Positions 24,416 to 36,358 of a stretch of 64,000 bases of DNA are shown piece after piece. Positions within the stretch are counted from its first letter, which is position 1, and each line of letters starts with the position of its first letter. The position numbers and the translations under genes are program-made. The DNA comes from Dendrobates tinctorius (Eukaryota). Below the pieces are notes generated by a model, which worked only from the letters and a program-made list of their open reading frames with translations, was not told where the DNA came from and made no database searches. The stretch is from contig NW_027361682.1 of NCBI RefSeq assembly GCF_039654945.1, forward strand, positions 24,676,001-24,740,000, written 5' to 3'.

Positions 24416-27400
24416 CTATGTGTCATCAGGGGAAGATGGTACAAAATCCTTTGAAACCCAGGCATGGTTCATTTTAATGAAGGTGAGATCACCTACATTT
24501 TGGGTTGACAGCCGGGTTCTTCTTTCTGTCAGGATTGATCCAGCAGCACTGAAGACTCTTTCTGATAGCACACTACCAGCAGGGCAAGCGAGCTCCTGTA
24601 AGGCATATTGTGCCAATTCAGGCCAGCTGTCCAGTTTACAGGCCCTGTATAGTCAAAGGGGAATGAACTGTGAGGGAGAACATCGATAGGGGAGTAGAAG
24701 TAATTATGAACCATAGTTGACAACTGCTGTCTTCTGTCTGTTACAATCGATTCAGTATTACCAGTCGTGTGACCGGTACTCGAGAAATCAGTTCACAACA
24801 TGGTCATGAAACCCCTGTCTCAAACGCCACTTCGGCTGTGTGCACCACGAACACCTCTTCCATGTTGCCCAGTATGGCTCGTGGTAGAACCTGCACCGCT
24901 GCTGTATGCTGGGAATGCCTCTAACAGATGGTTTACCAGAGTTGCTTGTTCGCCAATAATAGCTCTAGGTTCTCCTGTGGCATGATGTTCTGTAGTTTGC
25001 CTTTATAGCGTGGATCGAGGATGCTGGCCAACCAGTAGTCATAATCCTTCATAATTTTGGCAATGCGGGGGTCCCTTTTTAGGATCCGCAAGAGATAATC
25101 ACACTTGTGGGCCAATGTTCCAGGTGTCAATGATGCACTGCCAGTGGTGGGTGGAAGAGCACTTTCTGCCAAATCCACATTCCTCCAGTCACGCACAAAC
25201 CCTGTACTTGACCTTGGCAAGCCAACATTTTCTCTTGCCCTCTGAGAAGCATCCTCCTCCCCAAAACAATCATCCCCCTCATCCTCCTCCTCCTCCTCTT
25301 CCTCTTCTTCCTCTACCTCGTCCAGGACAGTTCCCTGAGCAGACAGTGCCTGACTGTCATCAAGGCTTCCCTTCTACTCCTCCTCCGCTGCATACGCCTG
25401 ATTCTTAATATGCATCAAAGTTTGCATGAGCAGACGCATAAGTGGGATGCTCATGCTTATGATGGCGTTGTCTGCGCTTACCAGCCGTGTGCATTCCTCA
25501 AAACACCGAAGGACTTTACAGAGGTCTTTCAGCTTTGACCACTGCACACCTGACAACTCGATGTCTGCCCTCAAACTGCCTGCCCGTGTATCCTCCCACA
25601 AATGCATTACAGCCTACCTCTGTTCGCACAGCCTCTCAACCATGTGCATGGTGGAGTTCCACCTTGTTGCAACGTCTATGATTAGGCGGTGCTTGGGGAG
25701 GTGGAGCGATCACTGCAGCCTCTGCATACGACTGGAGTCTATGGGTGAGCGATGGATGTGCGAGCACATCTTCGCACCTTATGGAGCAGGGCTGGTAACT
25801 GCGGATAATTATTTATGAAGCACTGCACCACCAGGTTCAAGGTGTGAGCCAGGCAAGGTATGTGTTTGAGTTTTGCCAGGGCTATGGCCGCCATAAAATT
25901 ACGTCCGTTATCACTGACTACCTTGCCTGGCTCAAGATGTAGACTGCCCAGCCATGACTCAGCGGTGTGTGTGTTGTTGCCCAAAGACATCATCTTTAAA
26001 ACAGCCTGCTGACGCTTACCACTAGCTGTTCAACAGTGGGACACCTCGTGTGAAACACTGGCAGCTGCGGATGGAGTCCTTGTGCGACTGCGCTCTGTCA
26101 TACATAATAACATAGTTATTAAGGTTGAAGGAAGACTTTATGTCACTCTAGTTCAACCCATATCCTATCCTAACTTGCCCTAACATGTTGATCCAGAGGA
26201 AGGCAAAAAAAACCCATGTGGCAAACAGTAAGCTTCTCATTGGGGAAAAAAATTCCTTCCCCACTCCACATACGGCAATCAGACTAGCTCCCTGGATCGA
26301 CGAGCTTTCGCTTCTGGAGGAGGAGGAGGCGGAGGGTCGAACGCCAACAGCCAACTGTTGCCTATACCATGGGCTACGCAGCACTGTCCCACCGCCGCTG
26401 TCCCCTGTGGACCCTGCATCCACCGTATTCACCCAGTGCGCAGTGATGGACACGTAATGGCCATGGCCATGCCTACTGGCCCATGCATCTGTTGTGAGGT
26501 GCATCTTTCCACTCACTGATTGTTTGAGTGCATAGACAATGCGGTCTTTTACATGCAGGTGGAGCGCAGGTATGGCTTTTCTAGAAAATAAGTGCCGACT
26601 GGGTAGGTCATAGCGTGGGACAGCGTAGGCCATGAGCTCTTGGAACGCTGCGCTTTTAACCAAATGGAAGGGCATCATCTCTAATGAAATCAGTTGGCAA
26701 TGTAGGCGTTCAAAGCCAGTGTACGCGGATGAGAGGATGAGTACTTTCTTGTCTTACTCAGAGTCTCTGCTAGGTTGAGCTGGACTTGAGAGCTGCATAT
26801 GGTGGAACAAGCGGTGGATATGGCGAACTGAGAGGTGGTTGGTGATGGTGGTGGTGATGGCCTAGATGCAGTCTTTTGTTGGAAAAAAAATTGTGACACC
26901 CTGACTGCTTTGGCCTTGTGACGACACCTCAACATTTCTTGCTGGTGGTGTGCTAACCAGTGGGCTTACAGTGGGGGAAGCGATGTAGCGTTGCTGGCTA
27001 CCTTCAGTCAGAGCAGGTGCACGTGTGCTACCTGAGGTTTTGTAGTCCGTCCACGCTTGCAAGTGCATGGTGTTTACATGTCTAAGCATGCAACTGGTAT
27101 TCAAATTTCGGAGATTTTTACCTTGGCTAAAGGTCCTTCCGCGCTTCTTACAGATAACCTTTGCCTCATCAATAGGATTTTGGTCAAAAAAGTGCCACAC
27201 TGCACTCTTCCTACTATGGTAAAAATTTTCAGGTCTTGCATGCTGTGCTAATTTGACCATCTGGCCAAGCTGTCCTGCAACTCTTGTTGTTTTTTTAACA
27301 TGTTTTTGGACTGCTACGGGCCTGCCAGATAACCGCAGCTTTGATGTCGATTCCTGCTGAGGATCCTCCTCCTCTGAGCTATTGCCAGCAGCAACCTCTT

Positions 27401-28073
27401 CCCCCAATGGATGTCAATCCGGGTCAACAACCATCACCTCCTCTTCAATTTCATCTGCACCTTCCTCTGTGTCACCGTGTAAGGTGGTATAGTATGTGGT
27501 AAGGGGCACCTGAGTTTCATCAGGGTCATAATCTGGCTCATTAGACTGCGAGGGCAACGCAGTGCTCTGGGTGAATGTACCAGCAGAATCATATAGCACT
27601 GGCTGTGCATCAGGGCACTCCATGTCATATTTATCTTGCACTGGGGAATTCAGGATTTCACTTGATAACTCAGGCATGGTATGTGAAAAGAGCTCCATGG
27701 AGTAATCTGAATTGTGGCCTGCCGCATCCTTCACTTTTGATGGGGGTGAAGGACACAAGGAAAGGTGTTGTTCCTGACCAGGAGCCTGCACTGACGACTC
27801 AGTGCTTGCAGTTTTTGAAACTTCAGAAGAGGAGGCGATAGAGCTGGAGGCTGTTTTGGCAATGTAAGCCAAAACCTGTTCCTGATGCTCCGGCTTTAAA
27901 AGCGGTTTACCTACTCCTAGAAAAGGGAGCCTTCCAGGCCTTCTGGAGCCAGATGATGATGCAGGCTCAACACCTCCTGCCTTAGGTGCTATTGTGCTTT
28001 TGGCACTACCAGCAGATGCACCACCATCAGTACCAGGTGCGCACCCGCCCACGTCCGCGGCCTCTTCCACCAT
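24416..28073 (-). pseudogene. hAT transposase pseudogene with a long low-complexity N-terminal extension
   Basis: BED finger SAVWHFF..ICKKR..RHVNTMH; HLTTDAW; VSDNGRN; CLAHTLNL; LDPRYK; CPAGSVLSERVFSAAG; fragmented over many ORFs. Confidence 0.92.
26101..26298 (-). mobile_element. 5'-truncated CR1/L2-type LINE 3' end inserted into the hAT transposase
   Basis: acataataacatagttattaaggttgaaggaagac...gttcaaccc tail-like repeat interrupts ctctgtc|gacgagc of the transposase. Confidence 0.65.
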
Positions 28074-28109
28074 ACTTCCTCATGTTTTGGAAAATGTACC
28101 AAAAATACC

Positions 28110-28550
28110 AGCAAATATATGGTACTGTATGAGGAGCGTACAGCTGTATATGGTCTAGGGAAAAATTTAAATCTCCATATATATTTCCGTAGTCACACAC
28201 AGACGCTCACTAAGTATGGATTTCGCCGTAATACAAACAGCAGATATATGGTACTGTATGAGGAGCGTACAGCTGTATACGGTGTAGGGAAAAATTTAAA
28301 TCTCCGTATTTATTTCCAGTCATACACAGAAGCTCACTCAGTATGGATTTCACCGTAATACAAACAGCAGATATACGGTACTGTATGAGGAGCGTACAGC
28401 TGTGTACGGTGTAGGGGAAAATTTAAATCTCCGTATTTATTTCCGGAGTCACACACAGATAGTCAACATGTATTTGTCCGTGATACCAGTTGGTACACGG
28501 TAGTGTGTGAGGAGCGTACAGCTATATACGGTGTGGGAAAACATGAACAG
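28110..28550. repeat. Subterminal tandem repeat (about 128 bp, about 3.4 copies) of the hAT
   Basis: Repeated ggtactgtatgaggagcgtacagctgtatacggtgtagggaaaaatttaaatctcc; also present at about 18890-19225. Confidence 0.88.
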
Positions 28551-28702
28551 TCGGTAACTGTGCAGAAAAAAAGAATAAAAGTATTAGTGCTGTGTAAAAA
28601 GCAGTCTGCACAGCAGTGTACACACAGCAATACAGCTATCAGGCAGCCTAATAACCAGTGCTGCTGCACACAAGAAAAGCCTCCCCTGTCACTGCACACT
28701 AA

Positions 28703-29107
28703 GGGTACCGTTACACCTAGAGATGCACCAGCGATCCCGACCAGCGATATGACGCGGTCAGGATCACTGGTGCATCGCTAGGTGGTCGCTAGCGAGCTGC
28801 CAAACAGGAAGATCTCACCAGCGACATCGCTGGGGACGGGGATCGCTACTTACCCGTCAGACGCGGCGATCCTGCGTCCTCCCGCCCGGCTCCACGCGTC
28901 GCTCGTCTCTCCACAGGAAGCGCCGCAGGAAGCTGACGACGAGGAATGATCCAGGAGCTTCTCGCGCGATCAGCGATAATCAGCGGGGGAGCGGGTCGGA
29001 GGTAAGTATCACATGCAGCGATATCGCTAGCAATATCGCTATAACGTCACAAAATCGGTGACTTTACAGCGATATTGCTAGCAATATCGCAGTGTGTAAC
29101 GGGGGCT
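28703..29107 (+). mobile_element. PIF/Harbinger-like MITE inserted in the hAT
   Basis: taa-GGGTACCGTTACAC...GTGTGTAACGGGGGCT-tga; the empty site is visible in the 18303-19518 copy (about 18730); relatives at 47321 and 51620. Confidence 0.85.
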
Positions 29108-30507
29108 TGACAGTACAGCACAATTGCTATCAGCACAAGCAGATAAGAACTTCTTATATCTTTACAGCCCTAACTCTCTCCCTACTGATAAACAGCAACC
29201 TCTCCCTACTGTTAAGATCGGCAGAAGTAAAATGGAGGTCGGCGTTCAGGGCTATTATAGACACTATGATGCCCCCCCAAAGCAAGCCAATCACTGCAAT
29301 GCCCTTCTCTACGATGGTGGTGGACACGTCACATGTCATCTCGTTGCCCACAGCGTACGTCGTTGCTCATTGGCTGAAAAAAAGGCACCTGCAAGCATTC
29401 CGGGAAATCTGACTTTGGTGCTGGTTTTTCCGACCGCATGGCCGACTTCACGCTATGGTCGAGTTTCGGTCGGCGAAACTCACGCCATGGTCGGGTGCCA
29501 GTCGGCGAAACCCGACTTTGGCAAGAGTCGGCGACTTATGAATCTGGCTCACCTGTTTCGCTCAACTCTAGTAGCTTCTTCTTTATGGTATGGGGCTCAC
29601 CAAAGACCCTAAATTCTATTTTCAATAGAAGAGTCTTGGCAGAGAGAAACGGCTAAAAATAGAGAAAGTGTTCACATTTCTTTTTTCCTCTCGCACTCCG
29701 CTTGGTTCCTGCTTGTGTTACTTCTCCATCGTCATTACATTTACTGTGTTTATTTGTTCTTGGTTCTCGGGGAACAAGCTGAGCGGTGGGTTTACTGGAA
29801 AACCCTTGTTTTTCTTTCCTTTCACCGGTTAATGCGAGGGGTGTTCCCCAAAAATGCAGTCTTTATCTTGTGCGTTAGGGCAACATCCAGAACCGAACAG
29901 GTGTGGTATCCAAATTAAAAGTGGGATCTGACCCAAACATATCAATATAGGGCACCACATACACATTCCAGCCTTGCAGGGAAACATACTGTATCTTGTA
30001 TGGGTTACCATAGCAGGAAAAAGAGCACTAAAGTCTAAAACAAACTTTTCTTTTTCCCTTTTTTTTTATTTTAAAAGACCTTAAGAAACAGCCTGTCCCA
30101 TGCAGCCATGCAGAAGAGATTTAAGAGATTTAAGAAAAGTAACATGAAATTTAAGGTCACAGAAACATCTGACTTTCTCTAGAAGAACAAACCAGAAAGT
30201 GGTAATTAACTTTACGGCTAAGGCACACGACCGATTATATCAGACGTGTGCCATCTATAGTATTCACGGATAATACTCGTACCCATGATATTGTATGGGG
30301 CTGTTCACACGTCCAATTTTTTCATCGGGCCAGTTGGAAAAAACAGAGATATGTCTGATTTTGATCCAAGTGTCAGAAAAACAGCAGACCACACTTGGAT
30401 GTCATCCGATTGTAGTCCAATTTTCAGAATGGAGGTGGGGAAACTTTTGTATTCTCTCCGCCTCTGAGAAAAACTGATACCATTCTGGTCAAACTCTGTT
30501 CAGAGTA

Positions 30508-31650
30508 GAAGCGTAGCTAGGGGTTCAGCTCAGTGTGGGGCAAAACATGTGAATGGGCCTCTAACTGGTAAGCCTGATGGTGGTACACCCTGATTGTTGG
30601 TATAAGAGAACCTCAGCAGTTGACTATGCGGTTACATAAAATAAATCTTTACACAAAGATGAGTACAGATATTATATAGTGAGTGACCATATAGTGATAG
30701 ATTTTAGTCAGGCTGAACATACAGTACAAGTGATTATAGTATATTTATACATAGTAACTTACAGATGAGGTTTCTGATGGAGACGTTTACTTTTGCCGTG
30801 TTTCAATCTGGCCCACACCAACATGACAACTTCTCCAGCCATGACTCATCTGCTCTTTTATAAATGATATTCCTACAGCTCCACCATATACAGTATGTTG
30901 GGCCAACAGCTCCTCTATACACAGTATGATGGGCCTACAGCTCCCTTATACAGAGTATGGTGTTCCCATAGCTCCTCTATATACAGTTTAATGGGCCCAC
31001 AGCTCATACACAGTATGGTAGGCTCATAGCTTCCTGATATACTTTATTGTGGGTCCACAGCTCCACTATATACAGTTTAGTGTCCCCATAGCTTGCCTAT
31101 ATTCAGTATGATGGGCCGCAGCTTCCCTATACATGGTATGATGGGCCCACAACTTCGCTACACACAACATAATACCCCCACAGCTCACCTATACATAAAA
31201 TCAAGTCCCCACTGCTCCTTTAAAACACAGTATATTGACAACAACAGTATCCCTCACACTGTATAATTGCCCCCACAGTAGAATCCATAATGTAAAATGG
31301 CCACCACACAGTAAAATGACCTTCACAGTAGTCCTCACACTTTGATGACCTCCACAGTATCACTGTATAATGGCCCCTGCATTAGTTCCCACACTGTATA
31401 ATGGCCCTCAGAGTAGTCCCCACACTGTATGATTGCCCCCACATTAGCCCCCAAACTGTACAATGTTCCTCGCATTGACCCCCTAAACTGTATAATGGCA
31501 CTCATATTAGCCACAAAACTATATAATGGCCCCTACATAAGCTCTGAAACTGTACAATGGTCCCAATATAAGACCTAAAACTGTATAATGGTCCTCACAT
31601 TAGCCCCCAATCTGTATAATGACCCCCAGCATTAGCCTTCACACTGGTAG
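30508..31650 (+). mobile_element. Truncated non-autonomous hAT-like element with internal minisatellite (about 30880-31640)
   Basis: Starts agaagcgtagctagggg, like the 58380 element; contains cacagtatgatgggcccacagctc and actgtataatggcccc repeats. Confidence 0.6.
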
Positions 31651-31871
31651 CACACTTTACAATAGCGTTAATAAACACACCCCTTGGGTGGGTTTGGAGG
31701 TAACTAGTTCCTGACACATTGAACCAGCACCTCAGCAGTATCACTGCTGATTAACACACACATAAATCTCCATCTCAATGCCACCCACCTTGAGATACAT
31801 AATGGTCATTCCGTATTTCGCCTTTCATCCACTCTCCTGGGACATCCATACAGCGCCCCCTAGCGGACACA

Positions 31872-32866
31872 GTGGTCACTACACCACAGGGCTTTATGGA
31901 AAGTGGGGAGGTCAGGGAGGTCTTGACTAATGTTCAGGACTTGTTGGCTAGGTTGGATCGTGGGATAGTTGAGCAGGGGCATTTATCGGCTTGGGTGGGT
32001 CAGCAAGTGATGGGATATTTTCGCCTGGTCAGAACAGAGGAAGTGGTAGTTTTGCTGGCTGAACCTGTCTCTGTTTCGGTACAAACTGAGAAAGAAAAGG
32101 ATTGTCGGATTCACTTAGATGACAGGGCACATGGGGAGGTTTATGTGTGTTTTGAAGGTACATTGGGTGCACATCTTAAGGAGATTAGGGAGCGGATTTG
32201 GAAGGATGAGTATGTGGAATTTTTTTCTTTGCTTCCTCTGGAGAAATTTAATTTGGACAAGGGTAGGAAGGATGACAGTAAGAAAGAGGATGAGGAGAAG
32301 CGGAGGTGTAGTCTGATCCCCCAGACGTTTATTAATTGGCTTCAGGTTTTTGCAATTTTGGCCAGCGTTATAGGGGAAAAGGAGCCTGAAAATTGTTCTG
32401 AGTTATTTTGCTATATGGATTCCATTGGGGAGGCATATAGAGTATACGGGGCAGCCGTGGCTCAGGTATGATGAGCAATTTAGGCAGTGGAAGGCTATTC
32501 AGCCGGCGCTCAGGTGCGACCAAAAGGACATCGGGCTTTGGTTGCGAGTTATGGCGCAGTATAAGTTCGGCCATTCCTTTCTGGGGGGCTGGAATCCCCG
32601 GCCAGGTTAATCAGCCCAGTTCTTCAGGGTCCACAAGTCAATTGGGACAACCAAGGGGGCACAAATTGGGCTTGTGTTGGCAGTTCAATGAAAGGCAGTG
32701 CAAATTTGGAGCCAACTGCAAATTTAAGCATCTTTGCTCCCATTGCAGTGGCTCCTCTCATGGGGCCACTACATGTTTCCGAAAAGTTAAGTCAAAGTCG
32801 CGGGGCGATAATCCTCAAGGGGGAGACATCGGTGAAGCTGGAAAGGATGGCCCCTTATCTAAGTAG
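31872..32866 (+). pseudogene. DIRS gag-like ORF1 (frameshifted)
   Basis: IRERIWKDEYVEFFSLL..WLQVFAILASVI..WLRYDEQFR..C3H zinc finger. Confidence 0.85.
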
Positions 32867-33911
32867 GTATCTAGATAAAATTAAGGTAGAGTTGTTGCTT
32901 TCTAGTTTTAAAGAGGGTTTTGTGACCCCGGCACCCCCGTTTGCTGTTCCTCGGGTCATTAAAAATGTGCGGTCGGCGGTGTTGTACAGTGAGGTGGTAT
33001 CAGAGAAATTGCATAAGGAGTTGTCTTTGGGACGCATGGCTGGTCCTTTCGCAGAGCCGCCTTTTGAGGATCTGGTTGTTTCGCCTTTGGGAGTTGTGGC
33101 TAAAAAGGAGGCAGGAAAATTTAATTTGATCCTTCATCTGTCTTATCCTCGGGGGCTGATGGTTAATGATGGTATTGAAACTGAGCTCTGCTCTGTGGTT
33201 ATGCATCATTTGATGAAGCTGTGGCATGGGTTTATAAGTTCGGCAGCGGGGCCCTCTTGGCTAAGACAGATTTTGAGTCAGCTTTTCAGTTGCTGCCGGT
33301 TCATCCGAACAGTGTTAAACTGTTAGGTTGTTTTTGGGCTGTCGTCTGAACTTAAAGGAGATTTGGATGTTTGGAGTACATTTTTGGAGGATTATAACAG
33401 CCGTTCGTTGCTTATGGAGGAGGTGGTTGACAATGATACTCTAGAATTGTTTACTGATGCATCAGGAGGGATCGGTTTTGGTGCTTACTTTAAGGGCCAG
33501 TGGTGTGCGGCTAAGTGGCCAGTGGCTTGGATTTCTTCTGGTTTGGTAAAAAGCATTGCGTTGCTGGAGATCTTTCCAATTTTGGTGGTGGTGCATTTGT
33601 GGAGACAGGAGTTCCGTGACAGGTGAATTCGTTTTAACTATGACAACATGGGAGTGGTTTGTGCAATCAATTGTCTGACTGCGTCGTCACCTCCGGTTGT
33701 GCGGGTGCTGAGGCAGTTGATCCTATACTGTTTGGCTTTGAATTCTCATGTGACGGTGTCTCATGTGCCAGGGGTCCACAATTCCATCGCTGACTCTTTT
33801 TCTTGCTTACAGTTTGATCGTTTTCATTTGTTGGCTGCAGAGGCGGAGGTCATCGGATTGGAGTGCCCTGCGGAAATCTGGAATGTGGTCTCTGGGATGC
33901 TGAGTCGTTGA
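32800..33911 (+). pseudogene. DIRS RT/RNase H; the RT core including YxDD is deleted near 33340
   Basis: AKTDFESAFQLLPVHP..LLG joins directly to ELKGDLDVWSTFL and the RNase H motifs. Confidence 0.85.
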
Positions 33912-34801
33912 TACGGTCATCGTTGGCTACCAAGACTTGGGAGACTTATCAGGCAATCTAGTCTTTCTGGGAAGGCTTGTTAGCTAGGAGATCCTGTAGG
34001 CCGGGGGTGGATGATAAAGTGGGGATTTTGTTGTCTTGGTTGAGTAGAGGAGATTTGGAGGGTTGGTCATCTGCGAAAGTGTGGCGTGTTATGGCAGCCC
34101 TGGCTTTTGGTTTTAAATTGCGGGGTCAGCGGGATTTGTCCAAAGTCTTTTTGGTAATAAAACAGGCACTCAAAGGGTTTCCGCTGGAAGCATAGCCATG
34201 AGGACTTGAGGCGTCCAGTGACTTTTAATCTGTTGTAAAGAATGGGAGGAGTTTTAATTTCTTTCTGTTTGTCGGATTTTGAGCTTTGCCTTTTTAGGTT
34301 GGCTTTTCTTTAGCCTTTTTTGGGATGCTGAGAGTAGGTGAGTTGGTTTCTTCTAGCAATAAAGGGATGGGGGGCTGTTAGCTAGGGATGTGTTTTTGTC
34401 ATCCAGACAAGTGAAGTTTTGGTTGCGCTGTTCGAAATCGGATCAGGAGGGAGGGAAGGGAGAGGTGTATTGTGTTGAGTTTGGTTGATGGTTCGGTTAT
34501 GTGTCTGGTTGGTTGTCTGAAGCGTTTTTGGTCTTTCAGACTGAGTAGGGATGGAGCCCTGTTGTGTCATGCTGATGGTTCCATTTTATCTCGGTATCAG
34601 TTCATGGTGATTTTTAGGAAGGCTGTTAAATTGTTGGGCTTGGATGAATCTCGTTTTGCTCCTCACTCTTTTAGCATTGGGGCTGCAACGGAGGCAGCAT
34701 TGGGAGGATTGGGTGCTGATGCTATTTGGCATATTGGAAGGTGGCAGTCCAATAGGTATCGTGTTTATATGAGGTCGCAAGGGGCGGTAGAGAAATTTTA
34801 A
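33897..34801 (+). pseudogene. DIRS tyrosine recombinase
   Basis: FFGMLRVGEL, SKSDQ.G.G, HSFSIGAATEA, IGRWQSNRYRVY; stops and frameshifts. Confidence 0.88.
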
Positions 34802-34871
34802 TGTCTTATGTGCTCTCATTTGTTTTTTGCTGTGTTTTTGTTGTTTATTGTTGTTGTTTGTTTTTTCCCAG

Positions 34872-35472
34872 GTTCTTCACCATTACTTGTGTGGATATTC
34901 GGCCATTCCTATGTCCAATTGGGTGCCTTATGGGCTGACGTGCGGAAGGAGGGTAGACAGCTTGGCCTTGCATGAAGATTGGCGGTGGTCCCTTGGCTCG
35001 GATTTAGTGGGATGGCCTGGAACAGGGTCTTACGTGAGATTCATAATAGTGTTCATTGGATAGTGCTCCGGACATTTTGGTTCTGCACGTCAGCGGTAAC
35101 GATTTGGGCGTTAGGCCTTTCAGACAATTAGTTAGAGGCGTAAAACAGGATTTATTACAGTTATGGCTTTTGTATCCGGGTTTGACTATTGTGTGGTCGG
35201 AGATAGTGCCACGTAAACGTTGGCATCATATGAGGTCTTTGGTTAAAATTGACAAGGCGAGGATAAAGGTTAACAAAGCTGTGTCTTCCTTTGTGTCTAG
35301 AAACGGGGATGTTGCTGTGAGGCATTTTGAATTGGAAAAAGGGGAGGGTGAATTTTGGCTGACTGATGGGGTTCATTTAAATTCAGTGGGTAGCGACATT
35401 TGGGCTCTCGGTTTGCAGGAGGACATCGAAAGGGTCATAAATTTTCGGTTTGGTGGGGTCTCGAGCCTTTGA
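34872..35472 (+). pseudogene. SGNH/GDSL-type hydrolase ORF of the DIRS element
   Basis: Block I WIFGHSYV, block II GFSGM, block III HVSGNDLG, block V DGVHLN; one stop and one frameshift; no ATG, preceded by ttttttcccag. Confidence 0.82.
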
Positions 35473-36084
35473 GGTGTTCAAGGGCCCTCGTTGTGGCGGT
35501 TGGGGGGAGTCCTTGAAGTTGGTCGAAATTGGTCTGGGGGATCCATTGGCATATGGGTCCTCCGTTTTGGGAGTTTAACATGGTGGATCTGGTGAATTTT
35601 TTGGAGAGGAGTTCTGGCAGGGGTGATCGGATCCCCTGGTATTCTATTTTGACAATGGTACCCCCTCTGGGGGTTTTGATGCTCCTGAGCCAGTATGGTA
35701 ATGGCTGGGAGTAAAATATAGTGTGATGTTATGGTCACTTTTTGCATGGGTAATCACCAGATTCTTGGGAGCTTCAAGGACTCCTCCTAGAATAATGTTT
35801 TTTATTTTAATGTTTATTGTTTGTTAAATAAAGGCTGCTGTGGCCATAACATTCCAAAGAATTTGGTGTCTCGGCTTTTATTCAAAGGGGTATCAAGGAT
35901 TAGCTGGCGAATTGAGTAAGAGGAAGTTTGAGTGTGCCTGTCCATACACTTTCATGAATCCTCGACAATGCCAATGTCAAGCACACAGCTATATAGTAAG
36001 GCAAGAAATCGCCTTGCTTTCTGTGTCCATTAACTGGTTCAAATACTGGAGTCTTGTGCGGTGCTCCTATATACAGTAGGTTTT

Positions 36085-36358
36085 GGTGGTGTTTCCAGTA
36101 TGGTCCTGTGTGATTAAGATGGCACTAAGATGCCCTATGGGAAGAATACTGGCTGGTGGGGGAAATGTTATGCTGGGAAACCATGGGTCCTGCAGGCATC
36201 ATGTGGATTTGACATGTACCACCTCTTCATGGTGATGCCTCTTTCGGTAGAATAATGGTCTGTCAGAATGATCTGAGGAACATGACAAAGAGACCAAGGT
36301 GATGACTTGTCTTTAAAATGCCCAGGACTCAATCTGATTGATCTGTTGGATGTGCTAC
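36085..36358 (+). mobile_element. Old Tc1 remnant, the target of the Gypsy insertion (continues at about 45685-45780)
   Basis: gaggaacatgacaaagag..ctcaatctgattga..ggatgtgctac|aaaatgaagtctgatccatgga resembles a Tc1 C-terminus. Confidence 0.55.

Larger units (their letters stand above)
23978..29570 (-). mobile_element. Full-length decayed hAT DNA transposon (Ac/ZBED-like)
   Basis: TIRs TAGAGATGAGCGA / TCGCTCAACTCTA; 8-bp TSD GTAGCTTC; encodes a BED finger, DDE core and hATC dimerization motifs. Confidence 0.96.
31872..35930 (+). mobile_element. Decayed DIRS-order (Ngaro-like) tyrosine-recombinase retrotransposon
   Basis: Ordered gag-like ORF with C3H finger (CWQFNERQCKFGANCKFKHLCSHC), RT N-part (SPLGVVAKKEAGKFNLILHLSYP), RNase H (LFTDASGGIGFGAYF..IALLEIFPI..DNMGVV), YR (LRVGEL, HSFSIGAAT, GRWQS..Y) and an SGNH ORF. 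Ends approximate. Confidence 0.92.

Noticed and set aside
24416-28073. Domesticated ZBED host gene
   Set aside because: Many stops and frameshifts, a mutated BED Cys, and intact TIRs with a TSD indicate a dead transposon.
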